Positions 28,799 to 37,221 of a stretch of DNA of 64,000 nucleotides are shown piece after piece. A program made the position numbers and the translations under genes. This DNA is from Actinomycetota bacterium. Lineage in GTDB: Bacteria; Actinomycetota; Acidimicrobiia; Acidimicrobiales; SZUA-35. Every line of letters begins with the position of its first letter. The first letter of the stretch is position 1. The notes under the pieces were generated by a model. The model was not told the DNA's origin, did no database searches, and was given only the letters and a program-made list of their open reading frames with translations. The stretch is taken from positions 7,738 through 71,737 of the forward strand of contig JBCCRO010000021.1 of the NCBI GenBank assembly GCA_039201605.1, read 5' to 3'.

Positions 28799-29674
28799 TC
28801 AGCCGGCGGCGACCGGCCCGGCGGGCGGCTGCATGTTGCGGCGGGCGATCAGGCCGGCGATGGCGAGGCCGGCGTTGAGGAGGAAGAAGCCGACCCCGAG
28901 GACCGTGGTGCGATCGTCGAGAAAGTTCTGCAGATCGGCCTGGCGGGCCTCGACCCACAGGACCGGACCGGCCGGGTTGTTGATCGGGTCGGTCGACCAG
29001 AACCCGTACCAGGTGACGTAGACCCCGACCACGACCAGGATGACGGCCGAGATCAGGTTGATCTTGGGGAGCAGCGACCGGAAGCCGTTGACCATGCCCT
29101 TCTTGCCGAAGGCGACGGCCAGGGTGAGGCCGGTGGCCATCAGACCCATGCCGACCCCGTAGGAGACGAAGCCCCCGACCCGCTCGAGGTAGCTGTTGCC
29201 GGCGGCGGCGGTACCGATGGCCGAGAGGAACAGGCCGATGGTGCAGGTGAGCGAGGCCAGGGCGTAGGAGACGCCGAACAGGAACATGCTGACGGTCGAG
29301 CGGCTCCCGGTGCCCTTCTCCAGCTTCGGCAGCGACAGCAGCGGCTGGAAGCCGAGCAGCATGGCGATACCGAGACCGACGAGGAGGACGCCCATGACCA
29401 GGGTGACCCACGGCAGCCAGGGCACGATGCTGGAGAGGACCCCGGCCAGGGCCAGGCCCATCACCCCGAACACGGCGAGGAAACCGGCCGACATCGACAG
29501 GCTGACGATCTGGGCCCGGTTGAGGGCGATGATGCGTGACTCGTTCTCGCTGTCACCGTCGTTGAGACCGAGGAAGTACCCGAGATAGGCCGGCAGGAGG
29601 GCGAACCCGCAGGGGTTCACCAGGGCCACCATCCCGAGCGCGAAGGCGCGCGAGTCGAAGAGTTCACCGAGCAT
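28799..29674 (-). CDS. ccdA: cytochrome c biogenesis CcdA family protein
   Basis: NPCGFALLPAYL and YALASLTCT Cys pair. Confidence 0.85.
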   Translation of the reverse strand: MLGELFDSRAFALGMVALVNPCGFALLPAYLGYFLGLNDGDSENESRIIALNRAQIVSLSMSAGFLAVFGVMGLALAGVLSSIVPWLPWVTLVMGVLLVGLGIAMLLGFQPLLSLPKLEKGTGSRSTVSMFLFGVSYALASLTCTIGLFLSAIGTAAAGNSYLERVGGFVSYGVGMGLMATGLTLAVAFGKKGMVNGFRSLLPKINLISAVILVVVGVYVTWYGFWSTDPINNPAGPVLWVEARQADLQNFLDDRTTVLGVGFFLLNAGLAIAGLIARRNMQPPAGPVAAG

Positions 29675-29677
29675 TGA

Positions 29678-30331
29678 TCAAACCTCCACGCCGAGATGCT
29701 CGGCAATCAGATCCTTGAGGGCTTCCTCGTTCAGCACCCCGGTGAAGGTGTGGACGATCTCCCCGTCTTCGTTCATGAATGCCGTCGCAGGCATACCCAG
29801 CAGCTCCAGCTCGGCGTGGATCTGTGCCTCACGCTGGAAGACGGTCGGGTAGTTGAGCTCGAACTCGTCGTTCAGGCTCCGCCACGACGTCTCGTCGATG
29901 TCGTGGCTGACGCCCAGGAAGCGGACCCGATCGCCGGCCTGGGCCTGCACGTCGCGGAACTCGGGCAGTTCGGCCCGGCAGGGGGCACACCAGGAGGCGT
30001 AGAAGTTGATCACCGTCGGCGCGCCCTGGAAGTCGCTGAGGACGCCGATCTCGCCGTCCTCGGTGGTGAAGGGGAACCGGTCGAGTCCGGCGGCGGCCTC
30101 GCCTGCGTCGCCGCCGTCGGCTCCCGCCGACTCGGAGGCGGTGGTGTCATCGGAACCAGCGAGAGCGTTGAAAGCGGCGGCGGCCACGCCGAGGGCCACG
30201 ATCACGGCGACGGCGATGAGGATGGGGCGGATCGACTGCCCGGAGCCGGCGTCGTCGGGAGCGTCGGGGGTCGGGGACGGGTCGGCGCCGTCCGCCTCTG
30301 TGGTTGCGTCAGGGTGGGGGGCCTGGCTCAT
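29678..30331 (-). CDS. membrane-anchored TlpA/ResA thiol-disulfide reductase
   Basis: INFYASWCAPCRAELP and GMPAT; GAGGAG RBS. Confidence 0.88.
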   Translation of the reverse strand: MSQAPHPDATTEADGADPSPTPDAPDDAGSGQSIRPILIAVAVIVALGVAAAAFNALAGSDDTTASESAGADGGDAGEAAAGLDRFPFTTEDGEIGVLSDFQGAPTVINFYASWCAPCRAELPEFRDVQAQAGDRVRFLGVSHDIDETSWRSLNDEFELNYPTVFQREAQIHAELELLGMPATAFMNEDGEIVHTFTGVLNEEALKDLIAEHLGVEV

Positions 30332-30611
30332 GCCACTCCTCGTCATTCGGTCGTTGGAAAGCGAACCTGCGCCGCTCCTCCGCCATTCCCCGCACGGTAC
30401 CCGGAGTTGCCCCTCGGCTTCGGTTCGGGCTCGGGGCTCCGACGCAGCATCGACCGACCTGAGCCCGGGCGCGCCGGTGCCGGTCGGGGTGGACACTGCC
30501 GCCGGCTCGACCACGTCGTCACCAGCGGTGCGTTCGTCACCCGGACCGGCACCGTCGTCCTTGGTCGGGGGGTGTGCCACCAGGTGGCGGCACACCCCCC
30601 GACGTCCCTTG

Positions 30612-30995
30612 TCAGGCGATCAGCTTCTGGAACCGCTCCGGGACCGGAACAACCGGCAGCTGATCCTCGGGGCGGGGGTTCTTGGGCGGACGACCCCGAC
30701 GACGCTTGGTCGTCAGGATCCGGCCGTTCAGGAACAGCTGACCGCCCCAGACGCCGCAGGGCTCGGCTCGGGCGACCGCGCCCTCCAGGCACTCTGCGAT
30801 CACGGGGCAGGTGATGCAGACCTGCTTGGCGGCGGCGATGTCCTGCAGCTCCTCGCTGAAGAACAGGTCTCGGGCGCCGTCGATCTCCTGGCAGGCGGCC
30901 TCGGCCCGCCAGGTCTCGTCGGTGGTGTTCAGCTGGTCGATGGTGACGGACAGATCCGCCGTCTGATTGATGATCCGCTCGTCGATGGAGGTCAT
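30612..30995 (-). CDS. whiB7: WhiB7/WblC-type transcriptional regulator
   Basis: Four Cys, EPCGVWGG turn and C-terminal AT-hook KRRRGRPPK. Confidence 0.88.
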   Translation of the reverse strand: MTSIDERIINQTADLSVTIDQLNTTDETWRAEAACQEIDGARDLFFSEELQDIAAAKQVCITCPVIAECLEGAVARAEPCGVWGGQLFLNGRILTTKRRRGRPPKNPRPEDQLPVVPVPERFQKLIA

Positions 30996-31109
30996 CTCGT
31001 TCGTTCCTTGGTGAATGCGGGGTGTGTGTGACAGGCCCGGGGCGGCGGAGGGAACCGTGTCGGGCAAGGAGTGAGTGGTGGTCGGCTGTGTCGTCCGCAG
31101 TGCGGTCCG

Positions 31110-31150
31110 AAAAGCACAAAAGCCGCTGGGGGCTTGTGCTCCCAGCGGCT
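31110..31150 (-). terminator. Rho-independent attenuator in the whiB7 leader
   Basis: Minus-strand stem AGCCGCTGGG/CCCAGCGGCT followed by TTTGTGCTTTT. Confidence 0.85.
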
Positions 31151-31174
31151 CGGTGTGAGGTTCTGTACCTGTTG

Positions 31175-31435
31175 TCAGGTCTTGAACCTCCAGCGCTGGG
31201 AGTGGTCGGTGGTGCCGAACTTCGGGGTATGGACCCAGTAGCCCTTCATGAAGCTGGCGATGCCATCGGCGTTCATGCCGACGGCGGCCGTCTCCGGGCG
31301 AGCGGTCCACAGGCCCGAAAGCGCACAACGCACGGCCTCGCGGATGGCACCGGGGATGAGGCGCACCTGCACCCGGGAATCGGCGAAGACGCTCACGTCG
31401 AGGAGTTCGACACGAGTGGTGAGTGTTGCTGCCAT
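31175..31435 (-). CDS. whiB7 upstream ORF (leader peptide)
   Basis: 86-aa ORF with GAAAGGGG RBS, ending about 25 nt before the terminator stem. Confidence 0.7.
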   Translation of the reverse strand: MAATLTTRVELLDVSVFADSRVQVRLIPGAIREAVRCALSGLWTARPETAAVGMNADGIASFMKGYWVHTPKFGTTDHSQRWRFKT

Positions 31436-31544
31436 TGGCCGACCCCTTTCCGTTTCGATGGTCGTCTCGCCGCGCAGATCATCCCGCGCAGGGCGTCTCG
31501 CTCCGATGAACGAGCAGAATCACCGTCGTATGAATCGGCGAGCG

Positions 31545-31561
31545 TGTCAAACGATTTAATC
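31545..31561 (-). promoter_or_regulatory. -35 TTGACA preceded by an AT-rich WhiB7-binding-like tract
   Basis: Minus strand reads GATTAAATCGTTTGACA; no clear -10 identified. Confidence 0.55.
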
Positions 31562-31586
31562 GCGGCGGCCGCTACCGTCGCGGCCG

Positions 31587-32336
31587 ATGCCCGCGTCCAC
31601 CCCCGCTCCCGATGCCGCCGAGGCGCCCGTCGGGCGTCGATTCACCGGTCACCGCAAGGTCAGATTGGGCGACGCCGCGGCCGACGGCCGGCTCCGGTTC
31701 GACGCCCTGACCCGCCACACCCAGGACGTCTCCGACGACGACACCACCGACGCCGGACTGTCGGCCGAGCTGGGGTGGGTGGTCCGCCGGACCACGGTCT
31801 CGGTCGAACGGCATGCCCGGCTCGGGGAGGAGCTGGCGGTCACCACCTACTGCTCGGGCCTCGGGAAACGCTGGGCCGACCGGCGACTCGACATCGAGGG
31901 CTCCGAGGGTGCCCGGATCACCGTGGTGACGCTCTGGATCTGCATCGACGTCGCCGCCGCCCGTCCCGCCCCGCTCAGCGCCCAGTTCCTCGACCTCTAC
32001 GGACCTGCGGCCCAGGGGCGGACGGTGAGCGCCCGACTCCAGCACCCGAAGGCGCCGGCCGAGGGCGCCGAGACGTGGTCGTGGCCGCTGCGGGTGGCCG
32101 ACATCGACACCCAGGGCCACGTCAACAACGCCGCCTACTGGGCCGTGCTGGAGGAGGCTCTCGGCGGGGTGGCCCCCGAGGGCGCCCACGAGGCCCGCAT
32201 CGAGTACGGGGCCGGCCTCACCCTCGACGACGAGGTGACCGTGCACCACGCCGAGGTGGACGGGGTACGCCTGTGGTGGCTGCTCAACGGCGCCGGAGAG
32301 ACGGCGGCGTCGATCTCACTCGCCGTGCCCGACTGA
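31587..32336 (+). CDS. acyl-ACP thioesterase family protein
   Basis: GRLRFDAL, WVVRRT and DIDTQGHVNNAAYW. Confidence 0.85.
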   Translation: MPASTPAPDAAEAPVGRRFTGHRKVRLGDAAADGRLRFDALTRHTQDVSDDDTTDAGLSAELGWVVRRTTVSVERHARLGEELAVTTYCSGLGKRWADRRLDIEGSEGARITVVTLWICIDVAAARPAPLSAQFLDLYGPAAQGRTVSARLQHPKAPAEGAETWSWPLRVADIDTQGHVNNAAYWAVLEEALGGVAPEGAHEARIEYGAGLTLDDEVTVHHAEVDGVRLWWLLNGAGETAASISLAVPD

Positions 32337-32375
32337 TCGCGGCCCGCCGGCCCGCCCGACCGAGCCGGCCGGGGC

Positions 32376-33011
32376 TCAGCTCGACGTGGCCTCGGCCGCC
32401 GCCTCGGGGGTCGTCGTCTCGCCACCGGCGTCGGTCTTGCGGCGGTCGCCGCCCTGTGGGGCCGTCGGATCGGCGCCGACGGGGAGGAAGACCTTCTCCC
32501 GGTAGAAGCGGAGCTCGTTCACGCTCTCGGTGATGTCGTCGAGGGCCCGGTGGCCGGCGTCCTTGCGGGGCGCGGTGGCCAGGACGTCGGGGTACCAGCG
32601 GCGAGCGAGCTCCTTGATGGTCGAGACGTCCACCGACCGGTAGTGGAGGAACTCCTCGATGTCGTTGAGCTGGGCGGCGAGGAACCGCCGGTCCATCCCG
32701 ATCGAGTTGCCGCACAACGGCACCGAGCGCGGGGTGTCGATGTGTTCCTTGAGAAAGGCGAGGGTCTGGGCCCCGGCCTCCTCCAGGGTGATCGTCGAGG
32801 CTTTGATCTGCTCCAACAGGCCCGACTTCGTGTGCATGTCGACAACGACGTCGTCCATGGCCGACAGCTCCTCATCGGTGGCCGACACGACGAGGTCGGG
32901 GCCGTGGGCGACGATGTTGAGTTCGTCGTCGGTGATGAGGGTTGCGATCTCGACGATCACGTGGCGGGCCGGGTCGAGCCCGGTCATTTCGAGGTCCATC
33001 CAAACCAGCAA
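32376..33011 (-). CDS. orn: oligoribonuclease
   Basis: LVWMDLEMTGLD, PLCGNS, HYRSVDVSTIKELARRW and HRALDDI; TTG start, probably leaderless. Confidence 0.95.
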   Translation of the reverse strand: MLVWMDLEMTGLDPARHVIVEIATLITDDELNIVAHGPDLVVSATDEELSAMDDVVVDMHTKSGLLEQIKASTITLEEAGAQTLAFLKEHIDTPRSVPLCGNSIGMDRRFLAAQLNDIEEFLHYRSVDVSTIKELARRWYPDVLATAPRKDAGHRALDDITESVNELRFYREKVFLPVGADPTAPQGGDRRKTDAGGETTTPEAAAEATSS

Positions 33012-33059
33012 GAGCAAAGATCCTAGTGGGCTCGACGGCGATCGCCCTAACCTTCCCGA

Positions 33060-33512
33060 GTGCTCGACATCCCGCTTCTGCGCCTCGACGACGACCCCGA
33101 CCGACCGCTCGCCGCTCCGCGTCGCATCCGGGCTGGTGACGCCGCTGCCGACCTCCCGTCCCGGCACCCCGTCGAGCTGGCTCCGGGGGCCCGGGAACTG
33201 GTGCCGACCGGGTTCGCCGTGGCCATCCCGGCCGGCCACTGCGGCCTGATCCTGCCCCGGTCGGGCCTCGCCCTCCGGCACGGGATCACCGTGCTCAACG
33301 CTCCCGGCCTCATCGACTCGGGCTACCGGGGGGAGCTGAAGGTCCTCCTGTGGAACACCGGGCAGGAGTCCGTCACCCTCGACCGCGGCGAACGGGTGGC
33401 GCAGTTGCTGGTGGTGGCGGTCGGCGCCTCCCAGCTCACCGAGGTGGCGGTGCTGCCCGACGCCCCCGACGATCGGGGCGGCGCCGGGTTTGGGTCGTCC
33501 GGACGACGCTGA
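33060..33512 (+). CDS. dut: dUTP diphosphatase
   Basis: PRSGLA, NAPGLIDSGYRGE and RGGAGFGSSG. Confidence 0.95.
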   Translation: MLDIPLLRLDDDPDRPLAAPRRIRAGDAAADLPSRHPVELAPGARELVPTGFAVAIPAGHCGLILPRSGLALRHGITVLNAPGLIDSGYRGELKVLLWNTGQESVTLDRGERVAQLLVVAVGASQLTEVAVLPDAPDDRGGAGFGSSGRR

Positions 33513-33770
33513 GCCGTCGGCCCCGGGGCGTCGGCCCCGGTGGGGGTCGGAACGGGTGATCCGGACCGCCTCCGCCAAGAGGGGCCATCCGGCCTATCCA
33601 GATTTTTCGCCTGATCGTCGTTGCCTACTACAGCGGAGGCGTGGGGCCCAGAGGCCGAACCGCATCCGCACGCCATAGGAGCAGAAAGGAACGGGACTTT
33701 TGACCCCCAACCTTGCCGACACCACGGGCAGCGTGCTGGCTGTCCGGAAGTGGTAGAAGGAGAACAGCAG

Positions 33771-33869
33771 ATGAGCGAAGTCAACAAGATGCGAGTGCAG
33801 GCCACGACGGCGGTGATCGGGCTCAGTTGCCTTGTTCTCGCCATGGGAGCCCCCTGGAAGTTCGGCTGA
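33771..33869 (+). CDS. 32-aa signal-peptide-like small protein ending GAPWKFG
   Basis: Strong GAAGGAGA RBS; MSEVNKMRVQATTAVIGLSCLVLAMGAPWKFG; followed by a 16-bp hairpin. Confidence 0.7.
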   Translation: MSEVNKMRVQATTAVIGLSCLVLAMGAPWKFG

Positions 33870-33890
33870 TCGGGTAGCCGATCGCCACGA

Positions 33891-33926
33891 CGAAGAGAGC
33901 CGGCGGATCACCGCCGGCTCTCTTCG
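33891..33926 (+). terminator. perfect 16-bp stem-loop between the peptide gene and the GGDEF-EAL gene
   Basis: CGAAGAGAGCCGGCGG-ATCA-CCGCCGGCTCTCTTCG. Confidence 0.8.
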
Positions 33927-34000
33927 CGTGTGAGCAAGATCTCAACCGTCTCCTCGGGCGAGCCGATAGCTTCCACGGGCCGTCGGCCCGAGGACGACGC

Positions 34001-36043
34001 ATGAGCCAGACGATCACGAGAGCCCCGCGAAATCACCGACTGACGATTCTGCTGATCGGGACCGTCATCGCCGGCGGTGCGCTGCTCATGCAGTCGTTCC
34101 GCAATCTCGACGGGGAGCCGTTCTACGGGCGGCACCCGGCGATCTACCTCGTCTTCGTCTTCCTGCTGTTCGCCACCGAACTGCAGCCGGTGCCCTCCCT
34201 CACCGATGACACCGAGCTCACCGCCTCGTGGGCCTTCGCCTTCACCCTGCTGTTGATCTCCCCGATCGCCGGTTCGGTGGTGGCGGTGATGGCGACCTCG
34301 ATCGCCAACGACCTCCTGGGGCGGAAGCGGATCGACCGCATGCTGTTCAACGCCGCCCAGTTCGCCCTCTCCCTCGTCGGCGGCGGCCTCGCCGGCTACC
34401 TGATCGCCGACATCGACAGCGTGGCCGACGGCGGCCCGGTCACCGTCCGGTGGCTGGTCGGCGTGCTGGTGGCCTGCGCCGTCGGCTTCGGGGCCAACAG
34501 CGTCTTCGTCAGCGTGGCCGTGGCCCTGCACACCGGGCTCCCGGTCGCCGAGATGCTGCGTCGCTCGGTGGGGATCAACCTCGGCATGGACGGCCTGCTG
34601 CTCGCCTTGGCCCCGGTGTTCGCCGTGATCGCCCTGCAGTCGCTGTTCCTCGTGCCCCTGCTCCTGGTCACGGTGTTCATCATCTTCAAGAGCGCGGCAC
34701 TGGCCCTGCGCAACAAGCACGAGGCCACCCACGACCAGCTCACCGGCATTCCCAACCGGCGGATGTTCGAAGACCACCTCGCCCTCCTGATGGAGGCGTC
34801 GCGGCGGGGGAAGCGTTCCTTCGCCCTGGTCCAGATCGACCTCGACGGCTTCAAGGGCATCAACGATCGGCTCGGCCACCACTACGGCGATCAGGTGCTG
34901 AAGGCGGTGGCGACCCGGCTGGTGAGCGACGAGCGCCTGAACGACCAGTGCGCCCGCCTGGGCGGCGACGAGTTCGCCCTGCTGTTCCTCGACGTGGCCT
35001 CGGTCGACGACGCCCAGGCGATCGCCGAGCGGGCCCTGGGCCGGATCTCCGACAGCCTCGAGATCGAGGGCGTGCCCCTCCGGGTCGGGGCCAGCCTGGG
35101 GGTGGCGATCTTCCCCGACCACGGCGAGGACCCCCAGCGGCTGATGCACCACGCCGACATGGCGATGTACGAGGCCAAGCGGGCCGGGGGCGGCGTGTGC
35201 GTCTATTCGGCGACGTCGGACGACGACAGCCCGGGCCGTATCGAACTCCTGGCCGACCTGGCCAACGCCGTGGAGGGCGACCAGTTCACCCTCGACTACC
35301 AGCCCAAGGTCGACATCAGTACCGGCCGCATCGCCATGGTCGAGGCCCTCGTCCGCTGGCATCATCCCGCCTACGGCACCGTCCCGCCCGGTTGGTTCAT
35401 GCCCCAGGCCGAGCAGACCGACCTGATCACCAGCCTGACCGACCACATCATCGACCAGGCCGCACACCAGATCCAGATCTGGCGTCGCTCCGGCATCGAG
35501 ATGCCGGTCGCGGTGAACGTGTCGGCCCGCAACCTCCACGATCTCCGCTTCCCGGGCCGGGTGCGCGACACGCTCGACCGGTACGACCTGCCCGGCTCGC
35601 TCCTCGAAGTCGAGGTGACCGAGAACTCGGTGATGGAGGACCCGCGCCGCTCGGCCCTCGTCCTCACCGAGTTGCGCGAGATCGGTATCACGGTGGCCAT
35701 CGATGATTTCGGCACCGGCTACTCGTCGCTGTCGACGCTGCGCGACCTCACCCTCGACCGGATCAAGATCGACCGCTCCTTCGTCACCAGCCTGGCCTCG
35801 GACGACGGCGACCTCACCATCGCCCGCTCGGTGATCGAGCTGGCTCAGAACCTGGGCCTGGCCACCGTGGCCGAGGGGGTCGAGACCCTCGACGTGCTGG
35901 AGATCCTGCGGGAGCTCGGCTGCGACGAGGTGCAGGGCTTCCTGCTCTCCCATCCGCTGTCCGCCGACGCCATCCACCCGCTGCTCCTGGCCGGGCGCAT
36001 CGAGATGGCGACCCCTGTACCCCAGTCGACCGGAGGTGGCTGA
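34001..36043 (+). CDS. integral-membrane sensor GGDEF-EAL protein (diguanylate cyclase/phosphodiesterase)
   Basis: About 230-aa multi-TM N-terminus; HDQLTG, RxxD I-site, RLGGDEF, VEALVRW, IDDFGTGYSS and AEGVE. Confidence 0.95.
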   Translation: MSQTITRAPRNHRLTILLIGTVIAGGALLMQSFRNLDGEPFYGRHPAIYLVFVFLLFATELQPVPSLTDDTELTASWAFAFTLLLISPIAGSVVAVMATSIANDLLGRKRIDRMLFNAAQFALSLVGGGLAGYLIADIDSVADGGPVTVRWLVGVLVACAVGFGANSVFVSVAVALHTGLPVAEMLRRSVGINLGMDGLLLALAPVFAVIALQSLFLVPLLLVTVFIIFKSAALALRNKHEATHDQLTGIPNRRMFEDHLALLMEASRRGKRSFALVQIDLDGFKGINDRLGHHYGDQVLKAVATRLVSDERLNDQCARLGGDEFALLFLDVASVDDAQAIAERALGRISDSLEIEGVPLRVGASLGVAIFPDHGEDPQRLMHHADMAMYEAKRAGGGVCVYSATSDDDSPGRIELLADLANAVEGDQFTLDYQPKVDISTGRIAMVEALVRWHHPAYGTVPPGWFMPQAEQTDLITSLTDHIIDQAAHQIQIWRRSGIEMPVAVNVSARNLHDLRFPGRVRDTLDRYDLPGSLLEVEVTENSVMEDPRRSALVLTELREIGITVAIDDFGTGYSSLSTLRDLTLDRIKIDRSFVTSLASDDGDLTIARSVIELAQNLGLATVAEGVETLDVLEILRELGCDEVQGFLLSHPLSADAIHPLLLAGRIEMATPVPQSTGGG

Positions 36044-36810
36044 TGATCACTGCCGTCTGTTTCCTGTTGTTGGCCGCCACCGTGCCGTTATTGCGGGGGA
36101 GGCTCTCGCTGCTCGGCCGCATCCGGATCCAGGCCTGGTGGACGATCGTCCTGGCCCTGGTGATCCAGGTCTTCCTGCTCGAGATCTTCGCCGGCACCTT
36201 CGGCGGGTTGCTCGCCGCAACCATCCACCTGCTCAGCTACGGGCTGGCCCTGGTGTTCATGTGGCACAACCGCCACATCACCGGGATGGGCCTGACCGTC
36301 TTCGGCGGCCTGCTCAACCTGATCGCCATCGCCGCCAACGGCGGGGTGATGCCGGCCCAGCGTAAGGCGCTGGAGACCGCGGGCATCATCGTCGACTCGC
36401 CGGAGTTCGAGAACTCGGCCGTCATCGACGACGCCCGACTGTGGTTCCTGGGTGACATCTTCGCCATCCCCGAGGGGATCCCGTTCGCCAACGTGTTCAG
36501 TATCGGCGACATCATCCTCGTCTTCGGCGCCGGCATCACCGTCCACACGATCAGTCGATCGCACCTGGGCCGGCTGATCGTGCGCCTCAACCCACTCGCC
36601 ACCGCCGACGCCACCGCCGACCTCGGGCTCGCCGTCGACCAGGGGCCGAGCGTCGATCATGGGCTCGCTGTCGACCAGGGGCCGAGCGTCGACCAGTGGC
36701 CGACCGCCGGTGGCGGAGCGACGGCCGGAGCCACGTCGACCGGGACGATCGGGGCCGAGGAGGCCCCCGCCCCGAGCGACGAGCCGAACGAGCAGCGGCA
36801 GCCGCTCTAG
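36043..36810 (+). CDS. DUF5317 family membrane protein
   Basis: GGLLNLIAIAANGGVMP, LWFLGDIF and VFSIGDIIL; coupled TGATG junction. Confidence 0.8.
   Translation: MITAVCFLLLAATVPLLRGRLSLLGRIRIQAWWTIVLALVIQVFLLEIFAGTFGGLLAATIHLLSYGLALVFMWHNRHITGMGLTVFGGLLNLIAIAANGGVMPAQRKALETAGIIVDSPEFENSAVIDDARLWFLGDIFAIPEGIPFANVFSIGDIILVFGAGITVHTISRSHLGRLIVRLNPLATADATADLGLAVDQGPSVDHGLAVDQGPSVDQWPTAGGGATAGATSTGTIGAEEAPAPSDEPNEQRQPL
36625..36696. repeat. 36-bp tandem duplication in the DUF5317 tail
   Basis: GLAVDQGPSVD occurs twice. Confidence 0.85.
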
Positions 36811-36823
36811 GGGCGGCCGAGCG

Positions 36824-37213
36824 CTACTCGGCCGGGCCGGCGCCGTTGGCCGACGGCCCGATGGTGGAGTCGGTCAGCACCATCGAGATGCCGGTGGTGT
36901 CGACGGTGACCTCGTCGACCATGGGCGAGAGGACCTCGGTCACCTCGTCCTGGGCCGCCGGTCCCAGCGGGGCGTCGGGATTGCCGACGGTGATCGACAG
37001 CTGATCGGGCTCCCACTGGGCGTCGAGCCGGATGCGACCGGGACCGCGAAGCGCGGCGACCGACTCGTCGACGGCGAGGCGGAGCTTCTCGACATCGGCG
37101 ATGTCGACCCCCAGGCGGAGGGCCAGACCGGCCACGGCGACGCGACCGATGCGGGAGAAATCGGGCGACGCCGGAAACGAGACACTCACCCGATCTTTGG
37201 TGCCGTCGTTCAT
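36824..37213 (-). CDS. RsbW/anti-sigma-like small protein (degenerate HATPase fold)
   Basis: FPASPDFSRIGRVAVAGLA...DVEKLRLAVDE; the ATP-binding boxes look incomplete. Confidence 0.6.
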   Translation of the reverse strand: MNDGTKDRVSVSFPASPDFSRIGRVAVAGLALRLGVDIADVEKLRLAVDESVAALRGPGRIRLDAQWEPDQLSITVGNPDAPLGPAAQDEVTEVLSPMVDEVTVDTTGISMVLTDSTIGPSANGAGPAE

Positions 37214-37221
37214 CGGTGCCA

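Noticed and set aside
33630-33770. c-di-GMP-I/II or c-di-AMP riboswitch
   Set aside because: I could not find the consensus elements by eye; kept only as a low-interest structured leader.
33908-35977. Long antisense ORF (689 aa) and similar shadow ORFs, e.g. 20863-22692, 23788-25344 and 61439-63202
   Set aside because: They mirror well-supported genes on the opposite strand and arise from stop-codon scarcity in high-GC DNA; they carry no motifs.
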